From: Candidatus Bathyarchaeia archaeon
Lineage (GTDB): Archaea > Thermoproteota > Bathyarchaeia > Bathyarchaeales > Bathycorpusculaceae
Assembly (NCBI GenBank): GCA_050010755.1
Contig: JBEKKK010000001.1
Coordinates: 224,001 to 288,000, forward strand
Direction: 5' to 3'
DNA length: 64,000 nucleotides
The notes below the pieces were generated by a model. That model searched no databases, was not told where the DNA came from, and was given only the letters and a program-made list of their open reading frames with translations. The position numbers and the translations under genes were made by a program. Positions 37,248-47,196 of this stretch are shown one piece after another. Numbering within the stretch: the first letter of the stretch is position 1; each line of letters opens with the position of its first letter.

Positions 37248-38609
37248 TCAGCTGCTGAAAATGGGAACTTCGATTTTTTGAGGCTCGTATTCCACGAGTT
37301 TACCTGCGAGATACTGCTCGTACGCTGAGAGATCGAGAAGCCCATGTCCGCTGTAATTCATTGCAATGACTTTCTTTTCCCCTGTTTTCCTGCAATTCAG
37401 AGCCTCATCCATCACGAACTTCAGGCTATGGGCGGTTTCGGGAGCCGCTATCATGCCCTCCGTTTGAGCCAGAAGCCTAGCCGCCTCGAAAACCTCGGTT
37501 TGATCGTAGGCAACTGAACGGGCATATCCTTTGTGGATGAGGTATGAGATGAGCGGTGACATGCCGTGATACCTTAGGCCTCCAGCGTGGACTGGCGGAC
37601 ATGCGTAGTCGTGTCCTATCGTCAGCATTTTGATTAGCGGAGTCATCTTGGCGGTGTCTCCATAGTCGTACGTGTAGACTCCCCTAGTCGTGTGCGGAAC
37701 GGCTTTCGATTCGCAAGCAACGAATTCTGTCTCGGTCCTCCCTTTGAGCTTGTCCATCATGAAAGGAAAGCAGAAGCCGCCGTAGTTAGAGCCTCCTCCT
37801 ATGCAGCCGCAAACGAGATTCGGGTTCACGTCTATGCTTTCGAATTGTTTCTTCGCTTCCAATCCTATTATAGTCTGATGCATCAGAACATGGTTTAGGA
37901 CAGAGCCGAGAGAATACCGCGTGTCTTCGTGTGCAAGCGTGTCTTCGATGGCTTCGCTTATAGCAATGCCGAGCGTTCCGGGATGATTGGGATTTTCTTT
38001 CAGCAGTTTCCGGCCAAATTCTGTTCGGTCGCTTGGTGAAGGGCACATTTCAGCTCCGTACAGCTGAGCCATCGTCCTTCTGCCGGGCTTGTTTTGATAA
38101 CTCACGCGAACCATGTATATTTGGCATTTGAGTCCGAAGAGCACGGTGGCCAAAGCTAAGGCTGTTCCCCATTGTCCAGCCCCAGTTTCAGTGGCTAATC
38201 TTTGGATTCCCTGCTTCCTGTTGTAGTACGCCTGTGCAATAGCTGTGTTGGTCTTGTGACTGCCTGCTGGGCTGAAGTTTTCACATTTGAAGTAGATTTC
38301 GGCGGGCGTCTTGAGGAACCTCTCGAATCTTTTGGCGCGGTACAGAGGTGTCGGGCGGGGGAGTCTCAAATAAGCATCAAGCACTTCATCTGGTATCTTT
38401 ACGAACCGTTCCGTTGATACTTCTTGTGCGACGAGTTCTTTTGCGAATATTCTTTCAAGAACTTTTGGGTTTATCGGTTTCAACGTTGTTGGATCCAGTG
38501 GGGGCGACAGGGGCTCAGGAAGATCTGCTTGTATGTTGTACCAGGATGATGGCATTTCTTCGGGTTCCAGTTGAATCACATACTCTTTGTTCTTGCTTGT
38601 TTGCGTCAT
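37248..38609 (-). CDS. trpB2: tryptophan synthase beta chain type 2
   Basis: WYNIQADLP, RPTPL.RA, GSHKTNTA, TETGAGQWG, GSVLNHV, GGGSN, HAGGLRYHG, SGHGLLD; no trpA nearby. Confidence 0.95.
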   Translation of the reverse strand: MTQTSKNKEYVIQLEPEEMPSSWYNIQADLPEPLSPPLDPTTLKPINPKVLERIFAKELVAQEVSTERFVKIPDEVLDAYLRLPRPTPLYRAKRFERFLKTPAEIYFKCENFSPAGSHKTNTAIAQAYYNRKQGIQRLATETGAGQWGTALALATVLFGLKCQIYMVRVSYQNKPGRRTMAQLYGAEMCPSPSDRTEFGRKLLKENPNHPGTLGIAISEAIEDTLAHEDTRYSLGSVLNHVLMHQTIIGLEAKKQFESIDVNPNLVCGCIGGGSNYGGFCFPFMMDKLKGRTETEFVACESKAVPHTTRGVYTYDYGDTAKMTPLIKMLTIGHDYACPPVHAGGLRYHGMSPLISYLIHKGYARSVAYDQTEVFEAARLLAQTEGMIAAPETAHSLKFVMDEALNCRKTGEKKVIAMNYSGHGLLDLSAYEQYLAGKLVEYEPQKIEVPIFSS

Positions 38610-38623
38610 TCTACCTTCTCCTA

Positions 38624-38707
38624 TGTACATTTATGTTCGTTCATGTACTTTATTGCTCAGACTGTTACGCAGGAACATATTTATACTTTCTTGCACAGAA
38701 ATGTGCA
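38624..38707. promoter_or_regulatory. phased TRP-box-like TrpY operator array in the trpB2/trpY divergent promoter
   Basis: TGTACA 38624, TGTTCG 38634, TGTACT 38644, TGCTCA 38654; GGAACA 38672, TATACT 38682, TGCACA 38692, TGTGCA 38702 (two 10-bp phased sets). Confidence 0.7.
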
Positions 38708-38723
38708 TTAAGGAAACCGTAAC

Positions 38724-39227
38724 ATGTGGAACAGCGCAAAGAAATACTTTGAGGGGCAGCCAGAAAGGCTCAAGGTGGCACGAGTGCTGATAGAAAATGG
38801 TCTGGCCGTAAGAAACGGAAAAATCTACCTTAACGAGATTGAAGTTCCCCCTGTTAGAATTGCGCGGGCGGCCGGAGTGGACAGACGGACAGTCGTAGAA
38901 ACGTTGAAAGCAATTGGATCCGACCGAGGACTTCGACTAATATTCCAAGACATTAAATCTGCAGGTCTTTCGCTGAGAGAAATTGCCAAGGATCTAAACC
39001 TTGGCGTGGTTGAAATAACGCCCGTGGATGCGAAGATCCCGGGCATATTAGCAGGATCAGCCATGATTCTTGCAAAGAATGGCCTAAGCATAAGACAGGC
39101 AATCGTAGATGACCCAGAGCTTTCACCAGAACCCAAACTCACGTTGATTGTGGAGAGAAAAATCCCCGGAGAAATCATCCCGGAGCTGCTCAACGTAAAA
39201 GGAGTAGCAAAGGTTTCAATCTACTAG
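38724..39227 (+). CDS. trpY: TrpY-like HTH-ACT regulator (COG2150)
   Basis: MW....FEG.P.R..VAR, ARAAGVDRRTV, GVVEI, PGILA, SIRQA..DPEL, C-terminal GV..VSIY; divergent from trpB2. Confidence 0.8.
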   Translation: MWNSAKKYFEGQPERLKVARVLIENGLAVRNGKIYLNEIEVPPVRIARAAGVDRRTVVETLKAIGSDRGLRLIFQDIKSAGLSLREIAKDLNLGVVEITPVDAKIPGILAGSAMILAKNGLSIRQAIVDDPELSPEPKLTLIVERKIPGEIIPELLNVKGVAKVSIY

Positions 39228-39379
39228 ATGATGAAGGGTATAATTTTTAAACCAATAATTGAAGTACATCCGCCAAGTTTTCAGGAGTTTTGATACATCA
39301 AAAAAGCACATTCATGACAGAAAGAATAATAGCGAACTTCTACCGCAATTTGTTCATTCTAACCATGGACGTCTACCTG

Positions 39380-41380
39380 ATGACCAAGATTGGCGTGTAC
39401 GTTTGTCACTGCGGCATCAACATCGCTGGAGTGGTTGATGTGCAAAAGGTTGCCGAATACGCCAAAACTTTGCCCGACGTCGTGGTATCCAAGCATTACA
39501 TGTACATGTGCAGTGAACCAGGACAACGCATGATTCAAGAAGACATAAGGAACAAAGAGCTCGATAGAGTCGTCATCGCAACGTGCTCTCCTCGAATGCA
39601 CGAAGAAACCTTCCGAAGAGCAGTTGCTGAAGCTGGGCTCAATCCATACCTGACGGAAATAGTCAATCTACGGGAGCAGGTTTCTTGGGCGCACACTCAC
39701 GAGCCTGAAAAGGCGACTGAAAAAGCTAAGGCGCTCGTCAGGATGGGAATCGCGCGGTCCCGGCTCCTAGAACCTCTTGAAAAACACAGAGTGAGCGTTG
39801 AAAAAAGCATTTTGGTTGTGGGCGGAGGAATCGCGGGCATACAGACCTCGTTAGATCTTGCTAACGCAGGTTTTCCAGTCTATCTCGTGGAGAAAACTCC
39901 AAGCATCGGCGGGCGCATGGCACAACTGGACAAAACCTTCCCAACTCTCGACTGCAGCGCATGCATATTGACGCCTAAAATGGTTGACGTAGTCAAACAT
40001 CCTAACATCACAACGCTCACAAATGCCGAGGTCACCGATGTCAAGGGCTTCGTTGGGAACTACGAAGTTACAATCCTCAAAAAACCGCGATACGTTGACG
40101 AAAAAAAATGCGTCGGTTGTGGAATATGCGCGCAAGTATGCCCGGTCAAGGTTCCAGACGAGTTTAACGAAAATCTGACGCAAAAACGCGCCATATCCAT
40201 CTACTCAACACACGCGGTTCCTAACGTCGCCATAATCAACTCGAACTACTGCCTCAGACTGAAGCATGGCAAGGGCGTTTGCGGCAAGTGCCAAGAAGCA
40301 TGCGAAGCCAAGGCTGTAGAATTCGAGGAGCGCCCTGAAACAATTCATGCTAAAGTGGGCGGCATCGTACTGGCCGTGGGTTCCGAGGTTTTCAACGCGT
40401 CGCAGATGGGAGAACTCGGATACGGACGCTTCAAGAACGTGATTTCAAACATCGAGTTCGAAAGGATATCAGATGCGTCTGGACCGACAGGAGGCAAAAT
40501 ACTCTCGCCGAAGAACGGAGAAACGCCTAAGACAATTGCTTTCATCCAGTGTGTGGGCTCTCGAGACAAGCGTTTCCATGAGTACTGTTGCCGAGTGGGC
40601 TGCATGGTAACCCTGAAACAGGCGATTCTGGCCAGAGAGAAAATTCGGGAAAACGTGAAGATATACATCTGCTACATCGACATGCGGGCCTTCGGCAAGG
40701 GCTACGACGAGTTCTACACACGTGCAAGGGACATGGACATAGATTTTGTAGCAGGCCTGCCCTCTGAGATTCACGAGTCGTCAGACGGTTCACTCTACTT
40801 CGACGTCTACGACAAAGGAACGAACAAACTCTTGCAGATACGCGCAGACCTAGTCGTGCTCGGGACAGGACTCGTTCCAAACAAAGATCTAGCAGACATC
40901 AGCGCACTAATCCATGCTTCAAGGAGCGCGGACGGTTTTCTGTTAGAAGCGCACCCGAAACTCAGACCGCTCGAAACTGCCGCGGCCGGTATCTTTCTCG
41001 CAGGCGCATGTCAGGGACCTAAAGATATACCGGACACCGTGGCGCAGGCAAGCGGAGCCGCGGCGAAGGCCTTGGACCTGCTCTCCCGTGGTGAGATCGA
41101 GCTTGAACCCTTGAAAGCCACGGTTGAAGAAGATTTGTGCAGCGGATGCAAAATCTGCGCGTCCATCTGTCCGTTCCTAGCGATAGAGATGACAACTGAT
41201 GTCATTGACGGAAAAGAGAGGACCAAAGCAGGGGTCATCGAGGCCATGTGCCAAGGGTGCGGTCTTTGCGGTTCGGCATGCCCGACTGGCGCTATCAAAA
41301 TACAACAATACACTAGCACTCAGGTCATAACTCAAGTCGACGCAGCCTTTGCTGAACGCTGCGTCAAAGGGGGAAAATGA
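39380..41380 (+). CDS. hdrA: heterodisulfide reductase subunit A
   Basis: IGVYVCHCG.NI, CSPRMHE, VGGGIAG, LDKTFPTLDCSAC, QCVGSRD..CCRVGC, ferredoxin CxxCxxC motifs. Confidence 0.95.
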   Translation: MTKIGVYVCHCGINIAGVVDVQKVAEYAKTLPDVVVSKHYMYMCSEPGQRMIQEDIRNKELDRVVIATCSPRMHEETFRRAVAEAGLNPYLTEIVNLREQVSWAHTHEPEKATEKAKALVRMGIARSRLLEPLEKHRVSVEKSILVVGGGIAGIQTSLDLANAGFPVYLVEKTPSIGGRMAQLDKTFPTLDCSACILTPKMVDVVKHPNITTLTNAEVTDVKGFVGNYEVTILKKPRYVDEKKCVGCGICAQVCPVKVPDEFNENLTQKRAISIYSTHAVPNVAIINSNYCLRLKHGKGVCGKCQEACEAKAVEFEERPETIHAKVGGIVLAVGSEVFNASQMGELGYGRFKNVISNIEFERISDASGPTGGKILSPKNGETPKTIAFIQCVGSRDKRFHEYCCRVGCMVTLKQAILAREKIRENVKIYICYIDMRAFGKGYDEFYTRARDMDIDFVAGLPSEIHESSDGSLYFDVYDKGTNKLLQIRADLVVLGTGLVPNKDLADISALIHASRSADGFLLEAHPKLRPLETAAAGIFLAGACQGPKDIPDTVAQASGAAAKALDLLSRGEIELEPLKATVEEDLCSGCKICASICPFLAIEMTTDVIDGKERTKAGVIEAMCQGCGLCGSACPTGAIKIQQYTSTQVITQVDAAFAERCVKGGK

Positions 41381-41399
41381 TTTGGGCCTCTGTGATTTG

Positions 41400-41897
41400 A
41401 TGTCGATGGCCAAGCCCAACATCGAAGTCCGAGACAAGATTCTAGCCAGAATCGGCGGAAAAGAGTTGGCGAACTGCTTTCAGTGTGGAAAATGCACGAG
41501 CGGATGCACCGCCTTGAAGCTTCTGGAGCTGAAGCCACACGAAATAATAAAACTCGTGAACTTAGGCTTCGTAGACGAACTGCCCTCTTCGGACATAATC
41601 TGGACGTGTGTAACCTGCTTGAAATGTGTGCAAAGATGCCCCCAGAAAGCCTCGCCCTACCACGTAATAATAGCCCTGAGAAATCTTGCCGTTGAAAGAG
41701 AAGCAAAAGTGCCAGAGAGCTACATGAAGGCAGTTTCCCAGATACTAGAAACCGGACAGATAGACACTTACCAGAAAATCGTCACCAGAAATATGGAGAC
41801 AGTTGACCGTGAACGCTTGAAACTTCCTAAGATATGCCAGCCGAAAGAAAGCTTTCAAATCGTTTTCATGAAGACGATGGAGGAAAAGACAGTTTGA
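41400..41897 (+). CDS. hdrC: heterodisulfide reductase subunit C
   Basis: CFQCGKCTSGC and IWTCVTCLKCVQRCP. Confidence 0.9.
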   Translation: MSMAKPNIEVRDKILARIGGKELANCFQCGKCTSGCTALKLLELKPHEIIKLVNLGFVDELPSSDIIWTCVTCLKCVQRCPQKASPYHVIIALRNLAVEREAKVPESYMKAVSQILETGQIDTYQKIVTRNMETVDRERLKLPKICQPKESFQIVFMKTMEEKTV

Positions 41898-42769
41898 AGA
41901 TGGCGGTTTTCTGGGGTTGCTGCATACTCACGAGCCAGTATGCCTATGAAATGTCCATCCGTCAGGTTCTGCCGCATTTCGACATCGAGCTAGTTGACCT
42001 GTCCGAGGCTATTTGCTGCGGCGACCCTATCAAGAGCGTAAATAACTTCTCGGCCGGCTATCTGGCGGCAAGGGCTCTCAGCTTGGCAAGCTCGACTGGG
42101 TTGGGAGATCTACTGGTTCCATGCAACCGCTGCCACTTCACACTCTCAGAAACGAAGAAAACAATACAGGACAACACTACGACTGGTCAAAAGATGTTGG
42201 GTTTGCTGGGAGAGGAAGGCTTGAAGTATGACGCGAACATCAAGATGTGGCACATCATCGATCTCTTGCACGATTATGTTGGACTCAAAAGAATCGAACA
42301 AGCCGTGACAAAACCCCTCAAAGGTTTGAAGGTGGCGACTCATGCCGGCTGCCAAATCATCCGGTACACTGACGTCGGAAGGGTTGACGATGCCGAAAAC
42401 CCGACGAAACTGGACGAGCTGATAAAGGCCTTGGGCGCTGAGGTCGTCGAATACCCCGAGAAACTGGATTGTTGTGGAGCAGCTCTGCTCCGCAGCCATG
42501 CTGACACCGCACTTTCGCTTGCGGGCTCAAAGCTGAAAGCCGTGCAGAATCTCCAAGCGGACGGAATGGTCGTCTCCTGCCCAGAATGCCAGTTGATGTT
42601 TGACGCAAAACAGAAGGACGCTGGAACAACCGTCGGAGCAAAGCTGCACGTTCCAGTGGTCTATTACACCCAACTGCTCGGTTTGGCCATGGGCATCGAC
42701 GAGAAGAAGCTCGGCCTCGATTTGAACCAGAGTCCAGTAGACCAACTTCAAGCGAAGATTTGCGCTTAG
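41894..42769 (+). CDS. hdrB: heterodisulfide reductase subunit B
   Basis: two CCG domains (FWGC..CCG..CNRC; HAGC..CCG..CPEC); TTGA overlap with hdrC. Confidence 0.9.
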   Translation: MKMAVFWGCCILTSQYAYEMSIRQVLPHFDIELVDLSEAICCGDPIKSVNNFSAGYLAARALSLASSTGLGDLLVPCNRCHFTLSETKKTIQDNTTTGQKMLGLLGEEGLKYDANIKMWHIIDLLHDYVGLKRIEQAVTKPLKGLKVATHAGCQIIRYTDVGRVDDAENPTKLDELIKALGAEVVEYPEKLDCCGAALLRSHADTALSLAGSKLKAVQNLQADGMVVSCPECQLMFDAKQKDAGTTVGAKLHVPVVYYTQLLGLAMGIDEKKLGLDLNQSPVDQLQAKICA

Positions 42770-42829
42770 ACCGCCCGAACAACTTTTATGCATGTTACTC
42801 CAAACTCGTTTCCAAAAGGTGAACACATA

Positions 42830-44044
42830 TTGGATTTCAGTTTCACAGAGGAACAGGAGCTTTTCCGCAAAGCAGTTCGAGAATGGTGCGAGAAGAATCT
42901 GCCGATGGAAAAAATAAGGGAAATGGACACTCGGGGCTCGATCCCGCAGGAACTGCTTCGGAGCATGGGCGAAATGGGTTTGCTCATAATGACCGCTCCG
43001 CAAGAACACGGCGGAACCGGCGCCGACTGGGTCACAGCATGCATCGCCGCCGAGGAACTGGGCTATGCAGACGTGAGCATCGCTTTACCCGTGCTTTGGC
43101 TCGTGGAATCATCGTGGGGCTACGTCGTCGACAGGTACGCCAGTGAACAAGTGCGCGAAGCAGTAATTCGGAAAGCGATAAAAGGAGATGCATTCATCGG
43201 AATAGGCTCGACAGAAGCTGGAGGAGGCTCAGACGTCGCCGCCTTCAAGACGACGGCGAAAAAACAGGGCAACGACTGGATTCTCAACGGCGAAAAAGCT
43301 TACATAAGCGGTACCGAAGAAGCGAGGAAGATGGGCGGAGGCTACTTTGTAATTGCCAGAAGCTCACCCGCACCCCCAGAGGCTTCACATCGCGGAATGA
43401 CAGGCTTCTACGTCCCGATGAATGCGCCAGGAGTTGAAATCAACAAACGCTACGAAGACATGGGAAGAATGGCAATCTCGACCGGCGGCTTCCTGATGAA
43501 AAATGTCAAGGTGCCAGACTCGAATCGGCTCGGAGAGGTGGACAGGGGCTTCTACCTTACAATGGAAGGGTTCGACACAGCCCGCATACTCATATCAGCC
43601 GTCTGCACAGGGGCAGCCAGACGCGCTCTGGACACTGGAATTGAATATGTAAAAGAACGAAAAGCCTTCGGAAGACCAATCGGCAAATTCCAAAGCATAC
43701 AGTTTGAGATAGCAGACGACTGGGCCCATCTGGAGGCCTTGCGGTCGCTAACATTCCGCACGGCATGGATGATGGACATGCGCTACAAAGAGAACAAGTT
43801 CGCGCCGCTCGAAGTTACCAAGATTATCGCCGCCTGCAAACTCCTCGCGCCTCACCTAGCATTTGACATCTACAAACACGCGATGATATGGCTCGGCGCT
43901 TACGGATACACGAAAGAATGCCCGTTAGAGATGGGACTGCGAGGCATCATGTCTTACTGCGTCGGCGCTGAGGGCGCAACCAACATTCAAAGAACTGTCA
44001 TAGCCAGAGAACTCTTGGGCAGGGATTTCGTAGCCTACAAATAG
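42830..44044 (+). CDS. acyl-CoA dehydrogenase
   Basis: DFSFTEEQ, TEAGGGSD, LNGEKAYIS, RKAFGRPIGKFQ, GAYGY, EGATNIQR. Confidence 0.93.
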   Translation: MDFSFTEEQELFRKAVREWCEKNLPMEKIREMDTRGSIPQELLRSMGEMGLLIMTAPQEHGGTGADWVTACIAAEELGYADVSIALPVLWLVESSWGYVVDRYASEQVREAVIRKAIKGDAFIGIGSTEAGGGSDVAAFKTTAKKQGNDWILNGEKAYISGTEEARKMGGGYFVIARSSPAPPEASHRGMTGFYVPMNAPGVEINKRYEDMGRMAISTGGFLMKNVKVPDSNRLGEVDRGFYLTMEGFDTARILISAVCTGAARRALDTGIEYVKERKAFGRPIGKFQSIQFEIADDWAHLEALRSLTFRTAWMMDMRYKENKFAPLEVTKIIAACKLLAPHLAFDIYKHAMIWLGAYGYTKECPLEMGLRGIMSYCVGAEGATNIQRTVIARELLGRDFVAYK

Positions 44045-44086
44045 CTACTTCCCGCTTTTTTGTCCCATTTACAACGGGATAGGATT

Positions 44087-45061
44087 TTACTGGAGTTGTT
44101 TTTTCAAGGCGTCTTTCAGCGCCGGCAGAACCTGGTACAGATCGCCTACCACTCCGTAGTCCGCGATTTCGAATATCGGTGCCTCGGGGTCTTTGTTGAT
44201 GGCCACAATTATCTTGGCATCGCGTATTCCAGCCACGTGCTGGATGACTCCTGAAACTCCAGACGCTATGTACAGTTTGGGTTTGACCTTGTGCCCTGAG
44301 AGGCCAATCCACTCTGAGAACCACTTTCGGTCTTCCACGAGCGGTCTGGAGCAGCCCACTTGGCCGCCGATAACGTCTGCGACCTGCTTCAGCAATGCGA
44401 CATCATCTTTCTTTTCTAAACCCCTTCCGCAGCTGACAATCACTTCAGCTTCTTCAACCCTTTCACTAGAGGTTTCAAGAGGTTTTCTCTCGACAACCTC
44501 AACCCTCGACGGTTCGACCTTGACATCCAGCCGGGCAACTTCTCCCTTGCGCTCCTGTGGAACACGCTTTTCAAATGCCCTGGCCGGCACGGTCACTATC
44601 TGCGGCTTCGACCTAAAAGCCACCCTTGCCAAGGCGTTTCCACCATAGGTTATTCTCTCGCCGATCAGCCTCCCGCTCCCATCTACCTCAACCGCAATGC
44701 AGTCGGGGACACATCCCGCGTCAAGACGCGTCGCGAGTTTGGCTGCGAGAGGCTTCCCGTTCCTCGTAGATCCAATCATCATGATTTCTGGGCGATCCTT
44801 TGCAGCGATGTCGTGGAGGACCCTTAGGTAGGCTTCGTCCTGAAAAATCGTTAATGCGGGGTTATCGACCGCGTAGACCTTGTCCGCCCCGTATCTTACC
44901 AGCTCGTTCGCTTTTTCCTGCGCGTTTTTTCCAAACTGTACAGCCGCAAGCCTGATGTGCAAATTGTCTGCTAGCTCCCTTGCTTTTCCGAGCAGTTCTA
45001 AAGTGAGGTCGTTAGCCTCTGAGAAAACGCAGATTCCGCCCTGCTCGTTCATACCGCTCAC
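44087..45061 (-). CDS. etfA: electron transfer flavoprotein alpha
   Basis: VSCGRG, GCSRP, IGLSG..VKP.LYIA.GVSG.IQH.AG, AINKD.EAPIF. Confidence 0.93.
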   Translation of the reverse strand: MSGMNEQGGICVFSEANDLTLELLGKARELADNLHIRLAAVQFGKNAQEKANELVRYGADKVYAVDNPALTIFQDEAYLRVLHDIAAKDRPEIMMIGSTRNGKPLAAKLATRLDAGCVPDCIAVEVDGSGRLIGERITYGGNALARVAFRSKPQIVTVPARAFEKRVPQERKGEVARLDVKVEPSRVEVVERKPLETSSERVEEAEVIVSCGRGLEKKDDVALLKQVADVIGGQVGCSRPLVEDRKWFSEWIGLSGHKVKPKLYIASGVSGVIQHVAGIRDAKIIVAINKDPEAPIFEIADYGVVGDLYQVLPALKDALKKQLQ

Positions 45062-45846
45062 TTCCCGATGACTCCTTCTTGAATTAACGCTTTAGCCAGT
45101 TTTTCAGCTATTTCCTGCACTGTGTCGCCCTTGATGATTATTTTTTTTCTCTCCATTTTAGGTGCTAAAGCCTCCAAGACTTCCACCTTAGAAACGATTT
45201 TCTCCTTTTGTGTGTCAATGTCTGCAAGCGTCCACTTGACTATTTCTTTCTTAGAGGCTTTCATTATCATCATAAGGGATGGGATTCTCGGCTGATTTAT
45301 CTCTCTCGTCACTGTTACCACGGCAGGAATCTTCGTCTTCACCACCTCGCTTGAGTCTTCAAGTGCTCTTTCTGCAACTATCGTGTCACCGTCCACAGTG
45401 AGTTTCCTGACCGAGCTTACCTGGGGCAAACCCAGAAGTTCTGAGAGCCTAGAGCCTACCAGTCCAGAAAAACTGTCCAGAGAAGATTCACCGCCCAGAA
45501 TCAGGTCAAATTCTCCGATTTTCCTCACCATTTGAGCAAGAATGTAAGCAGTGCCCAGAGTGTCTACCGCCTGAACCGCAGGATCATTCACAAAGTATGC
45601 CTTGTCGGCTCCCATCGCCAGCGCTTCCCGCAGAATCGCCTTGGCATCTTCTGAGTCGATGGTCAAAGTGAATATTTCGATTCCGCCAAGTTTCTCCTTG
45701 ATTCTTAGGGCCTCTTCCAGGGCGTTCTTGTCGAAATCGCTGATTTTTCTAGGCGCTCCAGCGGTTATCAACTGTCTCGTCGCAGGATCGATCTTCAACT
45801 GTGAGACATCAACCGCCTGTTTTAGACAGACGATTATGCGTTTCAT
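45058..45846 (-). CDS. etfB: electron transfer flavoprotein beta
   Basis: IIVCLKQ, DKNALEEAL, ALAMGAD, N.PRIPS. Confidence 0.93.
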   Translation of the reverse strand: MKRIIVCLKQAVDVSQLKIDPATRQLITAGAPRKISDFDKNALEEALRIKEKLGGIEIFTLTIDSEDAKAILREALAMGADKAYFVNDPAVQAVDTLGTAYILAQMVRKIGEFDLILGGESSLDSFSGLVGSRLSELLGLPQVSSVRKLTVDGDTIVAERALEDSSEVVKTKIPAVVTVTREINQPRIPSLMMIMKASKKEIVKWTLADIDTQKEKIVSKVEVLEALAPKMERKKIIIKGDTVQEIAEKLAKALIQEGVIGK

Positions 45847-46044
45847 ACAGTTTTACCTCTTGCAGTCAGTTTAAATCGGGAAACTAGGAACTTGACATTT
45901 GTAATAAAAGAGTTTCGCCTCGCCTGTTATAATTCAACAAGGCTCGCTCGCAAGGATGAAGAACGCTAGTCCCTAGTACACGCGGGTGAATTCCAATCTG
46001 ACCTCGGGCACGCTTACTCTCTAGGCGAAGTTTTCAAAGGTCGT

Positions 46045-47196
46045 TTAAAGCGCTGCAAGTTTCTTCTGAGCTGCTGCCAATCCAACGCCAAGTCCGCACA
46101 TGCAACCCAGACGCGTCAAAGTAGTCTCTACGGCTCCTATGGTTGAAAGAATATCATTTTCGCCAACATTCCCCATGTGGCCCACTCTGAAGCCTTTGCC
46201 CTTTATCGGTCCGATGGTCGAAGCGACGATTATTCCAAGCTTTCGCATTTCACTCCTGAATGATCCGTCTTCGATTTTCTCAGGGTAATAGGCTGCTGTG
46301 AGAGTGTCTGCCCTACATTTTTCTTGTGCCACGATTTCGATTTTCAGGGCGTCCATTGCGGCTCGGAAAGCTTCAGCTATTATGTGATGCCTCTTGAACC
46401 TGGTTTCCAAACCTTCTGCGAGAATTGATCTCAAGGATTCGGAAAGAGCATATATCATGTTAACAGGCGGAGTGGCAAAATACTTCGAAGGATCCATCAT
46501 TATGGGCAACCAATTCCTTATGTCACCATACCACATTCCAACAGGAGTCTTTCTGTCTTCCAGAAGACTCAGGACTCGGTCATTCATCGAAAACAGAGCC
46601 AAGCCCGGCGGAAGCCCTATGCACTTTTGAGATCCGCTCACACAGGCGTCTATTTCCCAGTCGTCGACCCGAACCTCTATTCCCCCTAGAGAACACACGG
46701 TATCAACAATGTAGAATGCATCGCTGTTGTCTTTCACAGCCCGACCAATTTCTTTTATTGGGTTGACAACACCTGTTGAAGTATCCACGTGAGTAACAGT
46801 GACCGCTTTGTAGTCGTCTTCCTTCAAAGCTTTTTTGACCTGATGCGATTCCACACATTTGCCCCATGGTATCTCCAAGGTTTTTTGCACGGCTCCGTGA
46901 GCCTTCGAGATTTTTGCGAAATAATCGCCGAAATATCCGTTGACAACGTTAAGAACTTTGTCGCCCGGCTCTATTATGTTCGCGATTCCAATTTCTAAGG
47001 CCAATGTTCCGGATCCGGCGAGAGCAAAAACCTGATGTTTGGTCATGAATACGCGTCTCAGGTTCTCGAGCGCTTCTTTGAAGGTTTCGACAAACTGCGG
47101 ATCCGTATGTGCAAGAGTTGGTTTACACAATGCACGCAGAACTGCTGGATCCACATTCGTCGGACCAGGAATCATCAGAAGCTTTCTTTCGCTCAT
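46045..47196 (-). CDS. class V aminotransferase (serine-pyruvate / alanine-glyoxylate type)
   Basis: LMIPGPT, GSGT, HVDTSTG, VDTVCSLGG, GSQKC..PPGL, RVGHMG. Confidence 0.9.
   Translation of the reverse strand: MSERKLLMIPGPTNVDPAVLRALCKPTLAHTDPQFVETFKEALENLRRVFMTKHQVFALAGSGTLALEIGIANIIEPGDKVLNVVNGYFGDYFAKISKAHGAVQKTLEIPWGKCVESHQVKKALKEDDYKAVTVTHVDTSTGVVNPIKEIGRAVKDNSDAFYIVDTVCSLGGIEVRVDDWEIDACVSGSQKCIGLPPGLALFSMNDRVLSLLEDRKTPVGMWYGDIRNWLPIMMDPSKYFATPPVNMIYALSESLRSILAEGLETRFKRHHIIAEAFRAAMDALKIEIVAQEKCRADTLTAAYYPEKIEDGSFRSEMRKLGIIVASTIGPIKGKGFRVGHMGNVGENDILSTIGAVETTLTRLGCMCGLGVGLAAAQKKLAAL

Noticed and set aside
39380-41380. Selenocysteine recoding in HdrA
   Set aside because: No in-frame TGA; cysteines are present (DCSAC).
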